Part shown: in pieces, positions 37,645 to 49,430 of the stretch
Position numbering within the stretch: the first letter of the stretch is position 1
How the letters are laid out: each line of letters begins with the position of its first letter
DNA from: Hypanus sabinus
Taxonomy: Eukaryota
Assembly (NCBI RefSeq): GCF_030144855.1
Contig: NC_082706.1
Coordinates: 171,120,001 to 171,184,000 of the forward strand
Direction of reading: 5' to 3'
DNA: 64,000 nt
Made by a program: the position numbers and the translations under genes
Notes under the pieces: model-generated
The model's input: only the letters and a program-made list of their open reading frames with translations
Databases searched by the model: none
Told to the model about the DNA's origin: nothing

Positions 37645-38845
37645 GTGACTATGCATATGTCAGAATACTCTTCATTGACTACAGCTTAGCATTCAACACT
37701 ATCATCCCCTCAAAACACATACCCATACGAACACATACGAATACCCAGCTCCAAGACCTGGGTATTCGTACAGCTCTATGCAACTGGATCCTGATTCTCA
37801 TCACTGATAGACACCAGTTGGTACAGATTGGCAACAGCATTTCTTCCACACTGACCATCAGCACAAGTGCACCACAGGTCTGTGTGCTTAGCGCCTGTTC
37901 TACTCACTTTATACTTCAGATTATATAGAATATTGCAGCTCCAATGTCGTATTTGAGTTTGCTGATGATACCACTGTTGGCAGAATCAGAGGTGGTGACA
38001 AATCGGCATATTGGGTGGAGATTGAAAATCTGGTTGAGTGTGCCACAACAGCAACCTCTCACTCAACATCAGCAAAACTAAAGAGATGATTATTGACTAC
38101 AGGAGAAAGAATCCGGAAGTCCATGTGTTAGTCCTCATTAGGGGAATCCCAGCAGAAAGTGTCAGTAGCCGAATTCCTCGATGTTAACATATCAGAGGAT
38201 ACGTCCTGGACCAGCACACAAGTGTCATTACAAATCAGGCACAACAGCGCCTCTACAGTCTTTCAAGTTCATGTAGGTTTAGCACGTTACCAAAATCTTT
38301 GACAAACTTCTATAGATACACAGTGGAAAGTATCCTAACTGGCTGCATCACGGTCTGCCCAGGAATGGAAAGGGCTACAGAAAGTGATGGAGACAGCCCA
38401 GTCCATCACAGGCAACCTTTCCCCAACATTGAGTGCCTTTACATGGTGGACTATCACAAGAAAACAGCATCCCACATCAAAGTCCCACCATCCAGACCAT
38501 GCCCTCTTCTTGATGCTACCATTGGTCAGGTAGTACAGAAGACTTAGGCCGTATACCACCAGGTGCAGAAACAGTTATTACTCTATTACCATCAGGCTCC
38601 TGAACTGGTGAGGATAATTACATTTACCACTATTCTAGACTAATTTTATAACCTGCAGACTTACTTTCAAGCATTCTTTACAACAACTCATGTTCTCAAT
38701 ATTATTTGTGCAGCTTGCCTGCTTTTGCACATTGGTTGTTTGTCAGAATTTGTTTATGTATAGTTTTTTTAGTGAAATCTATTATACTTATTTCTTCCCG
38801 AATGTCTGAAAGAAAATGAATCTCACAGCAATATATGGGAACATA
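37645..38845 (+). mobile_element. Rex1/Babar-like LINE RT-3' part; its tail resumes at ~40760-40790
   Basis: YVRILFIDYSLAFNTIIP, TNFYRYTVESILTGCITV; split tail ...gggaacat | ttgataatacacttactttg. Confidence 0.85.
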
Positions 38846-40760
38846 GATTAGATTAGATTCAACTTTATTGTCATTGTGCTGAGTACAGATACAAAGCCAA
38901 ATGAAATGCAGTTAGCATCGAACCAGAAAAGCAAAGAATAGTGTTATTTACTAAATAACAATGAATAAAAAGTAAGTGCTACAGCTCACAAATATAAAAG
39001 TACTGAGACAGTACAATATGGGTGCAATACTGCTCAGCGCTGTGATGTGAGGTTCAGCAGCGTTACAGCCTCATGGAAGAAGCTCTTCCTGTGCCTGCTG
39101 GTGTGGGAGCGGAGGCTCCTGTAGTGCCTACCGGATGGGAGGAGAGTAAAAAGTCCACGGTTAGGGTGAGATGCATCCTTGATAATGCTTTTCGCCCTAC
39201 CCAGGCAGTGTTTATGGTAGATGTTCTCAATGGTGGGCAATTGGGTGCTGATAATCTGCTGGGAAGTTTTTACCACCCGCTAGAGTGCTTTGCGGTCCAG
39301 TACAGGACAATTGCCATACCACCCTGAGATGCAGTTGGTGAGTATGCTCTCAATGGTACAGCGGTATCCTGGGACAGAGGTGAGCTTTCTTGATGCTCCG
39401 CAGGAAATAAATGTGCTGTTGCGTCTTTTTCATCAGGATGGAGGAGTTCAGGGACCAGGTGAGATCCTTGGAAATGTGGACACCAAAGAATTTGAAGCTT
39501 GATACATGCTCCACTACAGCTCCATTGATGTAGATGGGGATGTGAGTGTGGCTCCTAGCATGCCTGAAGTCCACAATGATCTCCTTGGTCTTCTGGGTAT
39601 TAAGGGCCACGTTGTTGTCAGCACACCACGTGGCCAGGTGCTATACATCGTCCCTGTAGGCCGTCTCGTCATCCCCTCTGATCAGGCCAACCACCGTGGT
39701 GTTGTCTGAGAACTTGATTATAGAGTTAGAACCATGTACAGGAACATAGTCATAGGTGAAAAGGGAGTACAGAAGAGGGCTCAACACACAGCCTTGAGGC
39801 ACGCCGGTAGTCAGGGTGAGAGTGGAGGAGGAGAGGTTGTCTAACTTAACAGATCGGGGTCTGTTAGTCAGAAAGTCCAAGGTCCAATTGCAGAGGGATG
39901 AGCTGATACCAAGCTGGCGAAGTTTGGCGATCAGCTTGGAGGGGGTCACAGTATTGAATGCTGATGCACCATCAATAACTCTCGGAGACTGGAAGTGAAC
40001 AATAGGCTTTTATTAGCAGCAAAAAGGGAGCATGACATCTTGGAGACTGAGGGAGGAACAGTGCCCCAATCACTTTTATACAGGGGTCTGTGGGAGGAGC
40101 CAAAGGATCAGTCAGCAGAGGGGCGTGTCCAGACAGGTATATGTAGTTTACCACAAATGCAAATCTAAAAACAATGAACAGCAATCTGACATTAGAGTTG
40201 GGGCTGTCCAGGTGGGTCAGGGCAGAGTGAAGTGCCGTGGAGATGGCATCCTCTGTTGACCTGTTGGTGTGACAGGCAAATTGATGGGGGTCCGGGGTAG
40301 TGGGCAGACAGGATTTCAGATGTGATAGAACCAGTCTCTCGAGCACTTTGCAATGATGGGGGTGAGAGCAACTGGGTGGAAGTCATTCAGGCCTGTGGCA
40401 GTGGAATGCTTCGGCACTGGCACGATGGTGATGACCTTGAAGCTTGTGGGGACAACTGCCTGGGCCAGGGACAGATTGAAAATGTCCGTGAAGACCCCGG
40501 ACAACTGCCCTGCACAGATTCTGAGCACACGGCCAGCTATTCCATCTGGACCAGCTGCCTTCCGTACATTCACCCTGCTCAGGGTGGCGCAAACATCAGA
40601 GGTGGAAAGTGAGAGAGGCAGTTCACCAGGTGGGAGATCCGCCTTGAGGGTGACCTCCTTGTCCTCTTGGTCAAAGCCAGCGTAGAAGTAATTGAACTCA
40701 TCAGGAAAGGAAGCAGAGCTGGAAGGGGGGCACAGTACTAAGTGGTTTGAAGTCTGTAAT
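38846..40760 (-). mobile_element. Better-preserved Rex1/Babar-like LINE with (atcta)n tail, nested in the previous element
   Basis: [55 protein letters not shown]. Confidence 0.9.
39962..40155 (-). mobile_element. Solo LTR (194 bp) with 5-bp TSD AATGC
   Basis: TG...CA termini; TATAAAA then AATAAA on the minus strand; aatgc at 39957-39961 and 40156-40160; interrupts the RT motif F.SAFNT. Confidence 0.85.
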
Positions 40761-41339
40761 TTGATAATACACTTACTTTGAGGATTGAACTTGAACTAAA
40801 AGGGTCCCTCCTCTATAGGCAGCGCACAATGTGAATTTTTCACGAGGCATTTTTCTCACCTTTGAAGAAAAATGAGAAGCGACGGAGAGAGATTAAAATG
40901 TAAGTACTGGTGTTCTACACATTTGATTGGATCACCTCTTATTCACAATACAACTTATTGAAAAATAACTTAATTGAAAAAGAATCACAAAGACCTATTT
41001 GATACTGTGGACAAGTGTTCCCTGCCCTCAATGAAACAGGGGTTGTGAGGGTCCTCCATGCTGTACCACTAGTCAGAGGTTAAAAGGAAGAGCATCATCT
41101 CTAGTTGAAAATCACATTTATGCCACACTGATGCACAATTTCTCCAGGTGATTTCACCAGTCCTTGTACATCCTATTACCTCAACCAATCATATCATGAA
41201 AATATGGCTTGCAGGATATTTCTGGTCCACTAAACCTCTCAAAGTTTCCAGTTCCAACAACTCATCAGGTCTTGCCTACCATAATGTGTGCACACCATGG
41301 AGAAAACAGAATTTGAATCATTACTTCAAATTCGATGTA

Positions 41340-44300
41340 ATTGAGCTCTGACTAGCGACCAGTCCTGACATCGGAAGTTTGAGAGGAGGGAATTACACTC
41401 AGGTCTACTGACTGAGTAGAAAAAGCCATCGGCAGATCGCAGCAGTGCAGTTGAGCTCTGATCAGCAACCAAATGGCATTTGGGATTGACTTGCAAGAGG
41501 AAGTTAAAGGAAGGCAGAGGCCAGCGCTGTGGCCACCATCACAGTGGAGGGAGTCGGAGTGGTGATCTTCGAAGCTTCAGTAAAGAGAGGCTTCAGTCAG
41601 AGAAATCGAAAAATAAAAAGCTCAGTTAGGACTGCAGAGATGCCAGGGAGGATAGTTGAATGCTCCCCTTGTGGGAAGGCAGGGAGACCTCCAGTGACCC
41701 TGGTGAGTACAACTGTGAGAAATGCATCCAACTGCAGCTTCGCACAATCTGCATTAAGGTGCTGGAGTGTGAAATGGATAAACATCGGATCATTCGGGAA
41801 GCTGACGGGGTGATGGATAGGACATATAGAGAGGCAGTTACACCCAAGGTGCAGGACGCAGGAAACTGGGTGACAGTCAGGAAGATGAAAGGAGTGCAGA
41901 ATGCCTCTGCGGCCATTCCCCTCAACAACAGGTAAACCACTTTGGATACTGGTGGGGGGGGGCGGGTGACCTAACAGAGGAAGGTCACAGCAGTTGGGTC
42001 TCTGGCACTGAGTTTGGCTATGTGACTCATAAGAGAAGGGGGGGGGGGGTGGAGAAGAGCTGTACTTGGTAATAGGGGATTCATTAGTTAAGAGAATGGA
42101 CAGGAGGTTCTGAGGGCAAGAACAAGATTCCTGGATGATGTGTTGCCTCCCTGGTGCCAGGATCTGAGAAATCTTGGATTGATTCCTCAGCATTCTTAAG
42201 TGGGAGGGTGAACAGCCAGAGGTCATAGCCCATTTTGGTATCAATGACATGGGTAGGACAAGTGAAGTTTTGCCTAGGGAGTTCAGGGAGTTAGGTGCTA
42301 AGTTAAAGGACCTCCAAGTTTGTGACCTTAGGATTGCTACACATGCCATATGCTAGTGAGGTCAGAGCTAGGAAGATTATACAGTTTTACAGCTAAGGAG
42401 TTGGTGTAGTAGCAAGAGCATATGATTTTTGGGCTATTTGGCTTTCTTCCAGAGAAGATTGGATCTGTATAGAAGGGCAGTTTTCACCTGAACTGGAGGG
42501 GGTCTAATATCCTAGCAGGAAGGTTTGCTAGTGCTGTAAGTGGTGTTTAAATTAGAGTTGCAGGGGGAGGGGAACCAGAGTGCCAGAACAGTTAGTAGGC
42601 AGTTTCTAGGGGCAGATGTTGGTAAGAGCTCAGAGAAAATCAGGAATCAAAAGGTTGAGCATGGTGCAACTACTGTCCTGAACTGTATATATTTCAATGT
42701 AAGAAGTATCGTATGAGAGGAGGATGAGCTCAGGGCATGGAATGATCATGTTGTAGCCATTAGTGAGACGGTTGCAGGAGGGGCAGGATTGGCAGCTCAA
42801 TATTCTGGGGTTTTGGACACATCGGAGAGCTAGCGATTAAAGGAGAAGGAGTGGCTTCACTAGTCAGGGAAAGTGTCACAGCAATGCTCTGTCAGGACAA
42901 ACAGGGGAACTCGACTAGTGAGGCATTATGGGTGGAATTGAGAAATAAGAAAGGTATGACCACATTAATGGGGCTTTATTACAGACCTCCCAACAGTCTG
43001 AGGGATTTAGAGGAACAAGTTTGTCAAGAGATCGCAGACTGTTGCAAAAGACAAAAGGCTGTTATAGTAGGTGATTTTAATTTTCCACATATTGACAGGA
43101 TATCCCATATTGTCCAGATAGGACAGAATTTGTCAAATGTGTAGAGGAGAGTTTCCTCCATCAGTATGTAGAAGTCCTAACAAGAGTGTGTGATACTGGA
43201 TTTGCTATTAGGAAATGTGACAGGGCAAGTGACTAGTGATCACAATACCACTAGTTTCAAAGTAAATATGCAAAAAAGTTAGGTCTGGTCTGTGGGTTGA
43301 GATTCTGAATTGGAGAAAGGCCAATTTTGATGGTGTTAGAAATGATATGGCAAGTGTGGATTGGGCTAAGCTGTGTTCTAACAAAGGTGTACTTGGGAAG
43401 TGGGAGACCTTTAAAAATGAAAGTTTGAGACACAAAGCTTGTACGGTATGTACCCATCAGACTAAAAGGTAAAGAAAACAAATGTAGGGAACCTTGGATT
43501 TCAAGAGATATTGAGGCCCTGGTTAAGAAGGAAAAAGGGGATGCATAGCAGGTGTAGGCAAGAAGGAACAAACGAGGTGCTTATGGAGTGCAAGAAGTGC
43601 AAGAAAACACTTAAGAAATAAATCAGGAGGGCTCAAAGAAGGCATGAGGTTGCTCTAGCAGACAAGTGAAGGAGAATCATAAAGGATTCTACAAACACGT
43701 TAAGAGCAAAAGGATTGCAAGGGACAAAATTGGTCCTTTGGAAGTCCAGAATGGTAATCCGTGTGGAGCCAAAACAGATGGGGGAGATCTTAAATATATT
43801 TTTTCATCTGAGATGGACACAGAGTCTATAAAAGTGCGGAAAAGCAGCATCAACTTCACAGCCCCTGTACAGATTACAGGTGCTCGTTTGCTATCCTAAG
43901 ACAAATCAGGGTGGATAAATCCCCCAGGGCCTGACAAGGTGTTCCCTCGGACCCTAGGGGAGGCAAGTGCAGAAATTGCCGGGGCCCTAGCAGAGATATT
44001 TAAATCATCCTTAGTGGCAGGAGAGGTACCAGAGGATTGGAGGATAGCCAATGTTGTTCTGCTATTTTGAAAAAGGCTCTAAATGTAAACCAGGAAATTA
44101 TAGGCTGGTGAGTCTGACTTCATTTGTGGGAAAGTCATTGGAAGGTATTCTAAGGAACAGGATATTTGGATGGACATGGACTGATTAAGGATAGTCAACA
44201 TGGCTTTGTGTATGGGTCGGTCATGTCTAACCAATCTTATAGAGATTTTCAAGGAAGCCGCCAGGAAAGTGAATGAAGGCAAGGTTGTCTGCATGGACTT

Positions 44301-45385
44301 TAGTAAGGCATTTGATAAGGTCCTGCATGGGAAACTAGTCAAGAAGGTTCAGTTGCTTAGCGTTCAGGATGAGGTAATAAATTGGATTAGACATTGGTTC
44401 TGTCAAAGGAGCCAGAGAGTGGTATTAGAGGGTTGCCTCTATGACTGGAGGCCTGAGACGAGTGGTGTGCCACATGGTTCAGTGCTGTTGCTGTTTCTCA
44501 TCTATATAAATGATCTGGATGATAACGTGGTTAACATCGGGGTGCAGTAGACAATGAGGGCGGCTCTCATGGCTTCTTGAGGAATCTGCTAGGAAAATGG
44601 CAGATGGAATTTAATGCAGACAAGTGCCAGGTTTTTGCAACCAGGGTAGGTCTTACACAATGAACAGTAGGGCACTGAGGAGTGTGGTAGAAGAAAGGGA
44701 TCTGGGAATGCAGGTCCATAATTCATTGAAAGTGGTGTCACAGGTAGATAGGGTCGTAAAGAAAGCTTTTGGTACATTGGCCTTCATAAATCAATGTACT
44801 GAGTACAGAAGATGGAAAGTTATGTTGAAGTTGTATAAGATATTTGTGATGCCTAACTTGGAGTAATGTGTGCAGTTTTGGTCACCTAACTATACGACGA
44901 TGTAAGTAAGGTTAAAGGATACAAAGAAGATTGACAAGGATGTTCTGGGTCTGGAGGATCTGAGTAACAAGGAAAGATGGAATGGGTTAGGAATGTTTTC
45001 TTTAGAATGTAGAAGATTGAGAGGAGATTTGTTAGAAGTACACAAAATAATGAAGCGTTTAGATGGGGTAAATGCAAGCAGACTTTTTCCACTGAGGTTG
45101 AGTGGGACTACAACCAGAGGTCATTGGTTAAGGGTAAAAGGTGAGAAGTTTAAGGTGAACATGAAGAGAAACTTCTTCACTCAGAAGTTTGTGAGAGTGT
45201 GGAATGAGCTGCCAGCACAACTGGTACATGTGAGTTCAATTTCAACATTTCAGAGAAGTTTGGATAGTACTGGTATGGAGGACTATGGTCCCAGTGCAGG
45301 ACAATGGGAGTAGGCAGTTTATATACTCAGCATAGACTAGATGGGCTGAAGGGCCTGTTTCTGTGTTGTACTTCTCTACAACTTT
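41340..45385 (+). mobile_element. Near full-length, inactivated CR1 LINE: ORF1 (CxxC finger + SGNH esterase) and ORF2 (APE-RT)
   Basis: ORF1 ECSPC...CEKCIQLQL, VIGDSLV, CCLPGA, GINDM; ORF2 YFNVRS, YYRPPN, VGDFNFP, DFSKAFDKV, NFFTQ...WNELP; many stops. Confidence 0.92.
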
Positions 45386-45586
45386 ATGAGTCTACTTGTA
45401 ATATGCACACATTTAGTGGTAAGATCTGTGAAGCAGGAAAGCATGCAAAATAAAAATTCATATTGGGTGCATCGATGGCAGGGCTATGGCTGCTTGAAGT
45501 CTGAGCTTTTTACATGAAGGTTCTTACACTGACAGCTGAGTTTTGTACTTTTCCATAACCTATTTATTTATTTATTTTTCTTTCTT

Positions 45587-45645
<59 letters not shown>
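45587..45645. repeat. (TCTA)n microsatellite, ~14-15 units
   Basis: Directly visible tandem repeat. Confidence 0.98.
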
Positions 45646-46189
45646 CAGGGTTTGCTCTCTGACTTTCTTCTGTATCTCTCTTGGCAACTTCCAAAAGGGA
45701 ATCTGAAGTATTTTGTGTCTTCTAGTAAACAGCAATTCCAAGTGTCTCTTCTTGTTTTGTCCTTGCCTTTTCTGTCCTGTCCACATTCAGGCAGTTATAT
45801 CCGTAACCTCCTTTATGTTTCATATTCATGCCAAGTTCATTCACTTGGACTAACCACTAGAATGTCTTTCATTCCAGCAAGTGTTTCTGGAACTAAATGC
45901 TGGAACCTGGTCCTCCGAAACTATGAACTTATTGTGAGAAATTACATTGACATCTTGGGTTTGACAAAGATGCAAGTGGGGACCATAACAGCTTTTCCTG
46001 TAACATATTTTCTCACAGCACTCTATTTTCCACCATGGCTTCTCTACATCTTTGCCAGTTTCTTACGAAGTATGAATTATGACTGTTATATATCTCACCT
46101 TATACAGCGTCCACACCAAGGTGAAGTTGTATCAGAGCTGTGTTCTGTCCACACTTATGTATGGTTCTGAACACATGACAGAGAATGAC

Positions 46190-46570
46190 CTTGCTAAGCT
46201 GTTGTCTTTCCAAACCTTGGGCCTCCGGAAGATACTCCGTATTTTCTAGCTGAGAAAGATTTCCAACCACACCTTACTCCTTCAGTGTCACCAAGAGGAT
46301 ATGGCCACAATCATCATGGGGAAAGGTTGGAGATGGATTGGCCACGTGATGAGAGGCCAACTCTATCATCAAGACAGGACTTCATTGGACCCTTGCAGGG
46401 TGGAGGAAGCAAAGGAGACCAAAGGCAACTTGGCACTATGCAGCAGAGGTAGAAATGAGGACCCTGAACCACATCTGGCACAATAGAGAAGGTGGCCAGG
46501 GACAGAACGAGATGGAGGGCCTTCATTGCTGCCCTCAACACCAGTGGCTAAACGGGCAGTAAGAAAGTAA
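46190..46570 (+). mobile_element. RTE-clade LINE 3' fragment
   Basis: LRKILRIF, WRWIGHVMR, A.DRTRWRAFI..L; short tail agtaagaaagtaa. Confidence 0.7.
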
Positions 46571-47799
46571 ATTTATATCTCACACTTGTCATTTAAGATC
46601 TTTGACTTATTATCAAGTATGTACATGTCGCTACACACAGCCCTGGGATTCTTTTTTCTGTGGGCATAATCTGTTGTTCAATCCGTGCAAAAATGGGCAC
46701 TTTGGATGCAATGAATGCCGTGCTATCACACAAAATGCAACATGATCTCTAATGATGGTTTTGCTCCAGGAAATACTTTGGAAGAGCTGTGCAGACTTGT
46801 GGAGGTCTGCTGTACAATTCCAATTCATTGGTCTAGTCTCCAGTTTTTTAGCAAACAGTGGGGAAGCAAGAGGAAGAAAGGGAGGAAGCAATCTGTGCAC
46901 TCCCTATCTGCTTGAGTTGTCTGTGAACAATTCACCTTGACTGTTTTATCAATAAACACAAGCCCAATTAAACTGCCATCAACACACCAAACTCTTACTT
47001 ACCTCCTATAGCTGACCACAACATCCACCTGGCCACCATGCAAAAATGAAAAGGATTGCAAAATGCTGTTGAAGAATCTTAGCTCAATTACTACCATTCA
47101 TCCACTAGATCAAATTAACTACTGCCTTTATGAAGGGACAAATATAGAACCCAAAGTACTGGTAAAAAGTCACTGGGGCATTGTTCTGGGTACAGTGATC
47201 AATGTGATTGATGTTTTCAGATAGTAGTTTGGCTTGCTGCTTATTTCTGAATATCCAGCATCCATTCCAGGGTTAAAGTCTCTGAGCTGAAAAGGCTGTC
47301 ACAGTTCATATCTTACTGAATTATTGATGACTAAGAAGCTGTTGAAGTTTCTGCTGGAAAGGCCATTATGTGGCACAAATGTAATTAGATATTTGTTAAT
47401 TCATTCTTGAACATTGTCCAAATCCCATTGCAGGTACACATTGGCTGCTTATATTAAACATTGCTTATGTATCCAATATGGAATTATCCATTATTATCTC
47501 TACCCTTGACTTTGAAAATGGAATAACATGAATAAAGCAGCCTAATATGGTTGAGCTTCGAACACTTCCCTAGCACTGCATTTTGGATGATGCATGGCTG
47601 TGATTTGTGACTAATGATATCTTTCTGCATGGTAGGTATAATTCTCTTGACTCCCATTGATTTCAGTTTAGCTCTGGGTCGCAAAATCCTGCATGTAATT
47701 TTGGATTGCGGCTGTGCTAATGTTTGGATACATTGATGAGTAGGTTAGCATTCACATGCAGCTTCAAGGGATTATTGGTAAATCCTTCAATTACTTTAC

Positions 47800-48200
47800 A
47801 GGTACCACTACCATCGGCTGAATAAGGGAGATGATGAATCTGCATATAGCAGTGAGATTGACAATCTGGCTGAGTGGTGCTACAGCAACAACCTCTCCCT
47901 CAAAATCAGCAAGACCAAGAAGCTGATTATTGAATTCGGGAGGAAGAAGCAGAGGTTCATGAGCCAGTCCTCAAAGGGGGAGCAGAGGTGGAGAGGGTCA
48001 GCAACTTTAAATTCTTCACTGTTATCATTTCAGAGGATCTGTCGTGGGCCCAGCAAGTAAGTGACATTTGTTGTTTATCAACAGTATTTAATTGATTCTG
48101 TTGTGTTTCTTCAATATATATTGTGCATGGCCACAAGAAAGCAAATCTCGGAGCAGTATATGGTGTCATATAGTACTTTGATAATAAATTTATTTTCAAT
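47800..48200 (+). mobile_element. Rex1/Babar-like fragments
   Basis: gataccactaccatcgg...KTKKLIIEF; tail ttgataataaattt. Confidence 0.7.
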
Positions 48201-48247
48201 TTTGGTAGGTAGGGCATTGATGGAGATGGAGAAGACCAAGAGATTCT

Positions 48248-48367
48248 TGAGCAAACTTGAGTCCTGATGAAGGTTGTTGGCCCAAGACATCAAATATTCA
48301 TTTCCTTCATAGATCCTGCCTGACCTGCTGAGTTCCTCCAGTAATTTGTGTGTGTTGTTCAAGTTTG
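48248..48367 (+). repeat. Right arm of the palindromic element with hammerhead-like 5' core
   Basis: agtc-ctgatga-aggttgttggccc-aagac-atc...gatcctgcctgacctgctgagttcctccag. Confidence 0.75.
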
Positions 48368-48679
48368 ATTCACCTTTTTATGGTTGGTATATTAATATGC
48401 ATTAATGTTGTTATGCAGATTGCTGTTTTCCTTGCAAGGCTATCTGTGATGTACAGAACAATGGCATTACAGCTGCAATATTATACGGGTTTAGTCACAA
48501 ATGCATGGTCCAGATGCTGGAAATAGTAAGCAACACACAGTAAGTCAAGGAGCACCCATGGAGAATAAACAGTCCATATTTTGAGTTGAGACCATTGTAG
48601 CTCCATTCACTCTTTTTTGTAGAGGTAACTAAACTGCCTAAACAATTCCAAAGGTGGAATCCCTTTACATGCTAGGCCT

Positions 48680-49430
48680 GCAATGGTTTAATCCAGGCAA
48701 GTGTGACGTGGTGCATTTTGGGAGATCAAGTGTACACAGTTAATGTCAGGATTCTTAACAGTGTTGGTATACAGAGGGATCTTGGGGTCAAAGCCCATAG
48801 CTTCCTGAAAGTGGTCACATAAGTTGATAGGGTAGTAGACATGTGCTTTATTACTCAAGGCTTTGAGGTTGAGAATCAGGAAGTTAATCTTGTTGCTTTA
48901 AAAGTCTAAGGTATTGCATTTAGTTTCAATAATAGTTGCCCCATTATTGAAAGGATGTAGAGGTTTTGGAAAGGGTGCAGAGGAAGTTTATCGGGATGCT
49001 GTCTGGATTTGAGAGTAAATGCTATAAGGAGAATTTAGACAAATGTTGTTTTCCCTTTTGAGTGGCGGAGGCTAAAGAAATAACTGATTGAAGTGTGTAA
49101 GATTATGAGAAGCATAGATAGGCAGCCAGAATCTTTTTCATAGGGTCCAAATGTCTGATACTAGAGGTAAGAGAGAAACTGTTGAAGGGAAATATGTGGG
49201 GCATTCTTTTTAAGCACAGAGAGAGCCTGTAATGCACTGACGGGGATGGTAGTGGAAGCAAACATGATAGGAACGTTTAAGAGGTTTGTAGATAGGTACA
49301 CAAATGTGCAGAAAATGGAGATTTATGGGCCTAGTGTAGGTAGAAGGTATTAGTTTAATTAGGCATTTCATTACTAGATTAATTCATTCAGCACATCATG
49401 GGTCAAAGGCATTCCCTTTGTTCGAATAGC
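48680..49430 (+). mobile_element. Old CR1 3' fragment
   Basis: gcaagtgtgacgtggtgcattttggg (KC.VVHFG); gggtgcagaggaagtttatcgggatgctg. Confidence 0.75.

Noticed and set aside
41597-42349. 250-aa minus-strand ORF
   Set aside because: Antisense to CR1 ORF1; the poly-Pro stretches come from G runs.
45652-46170. 172-aa ORF
   Set aside because: Non-ATG start, low-complexity T-rich composition, no motifs or splice support.
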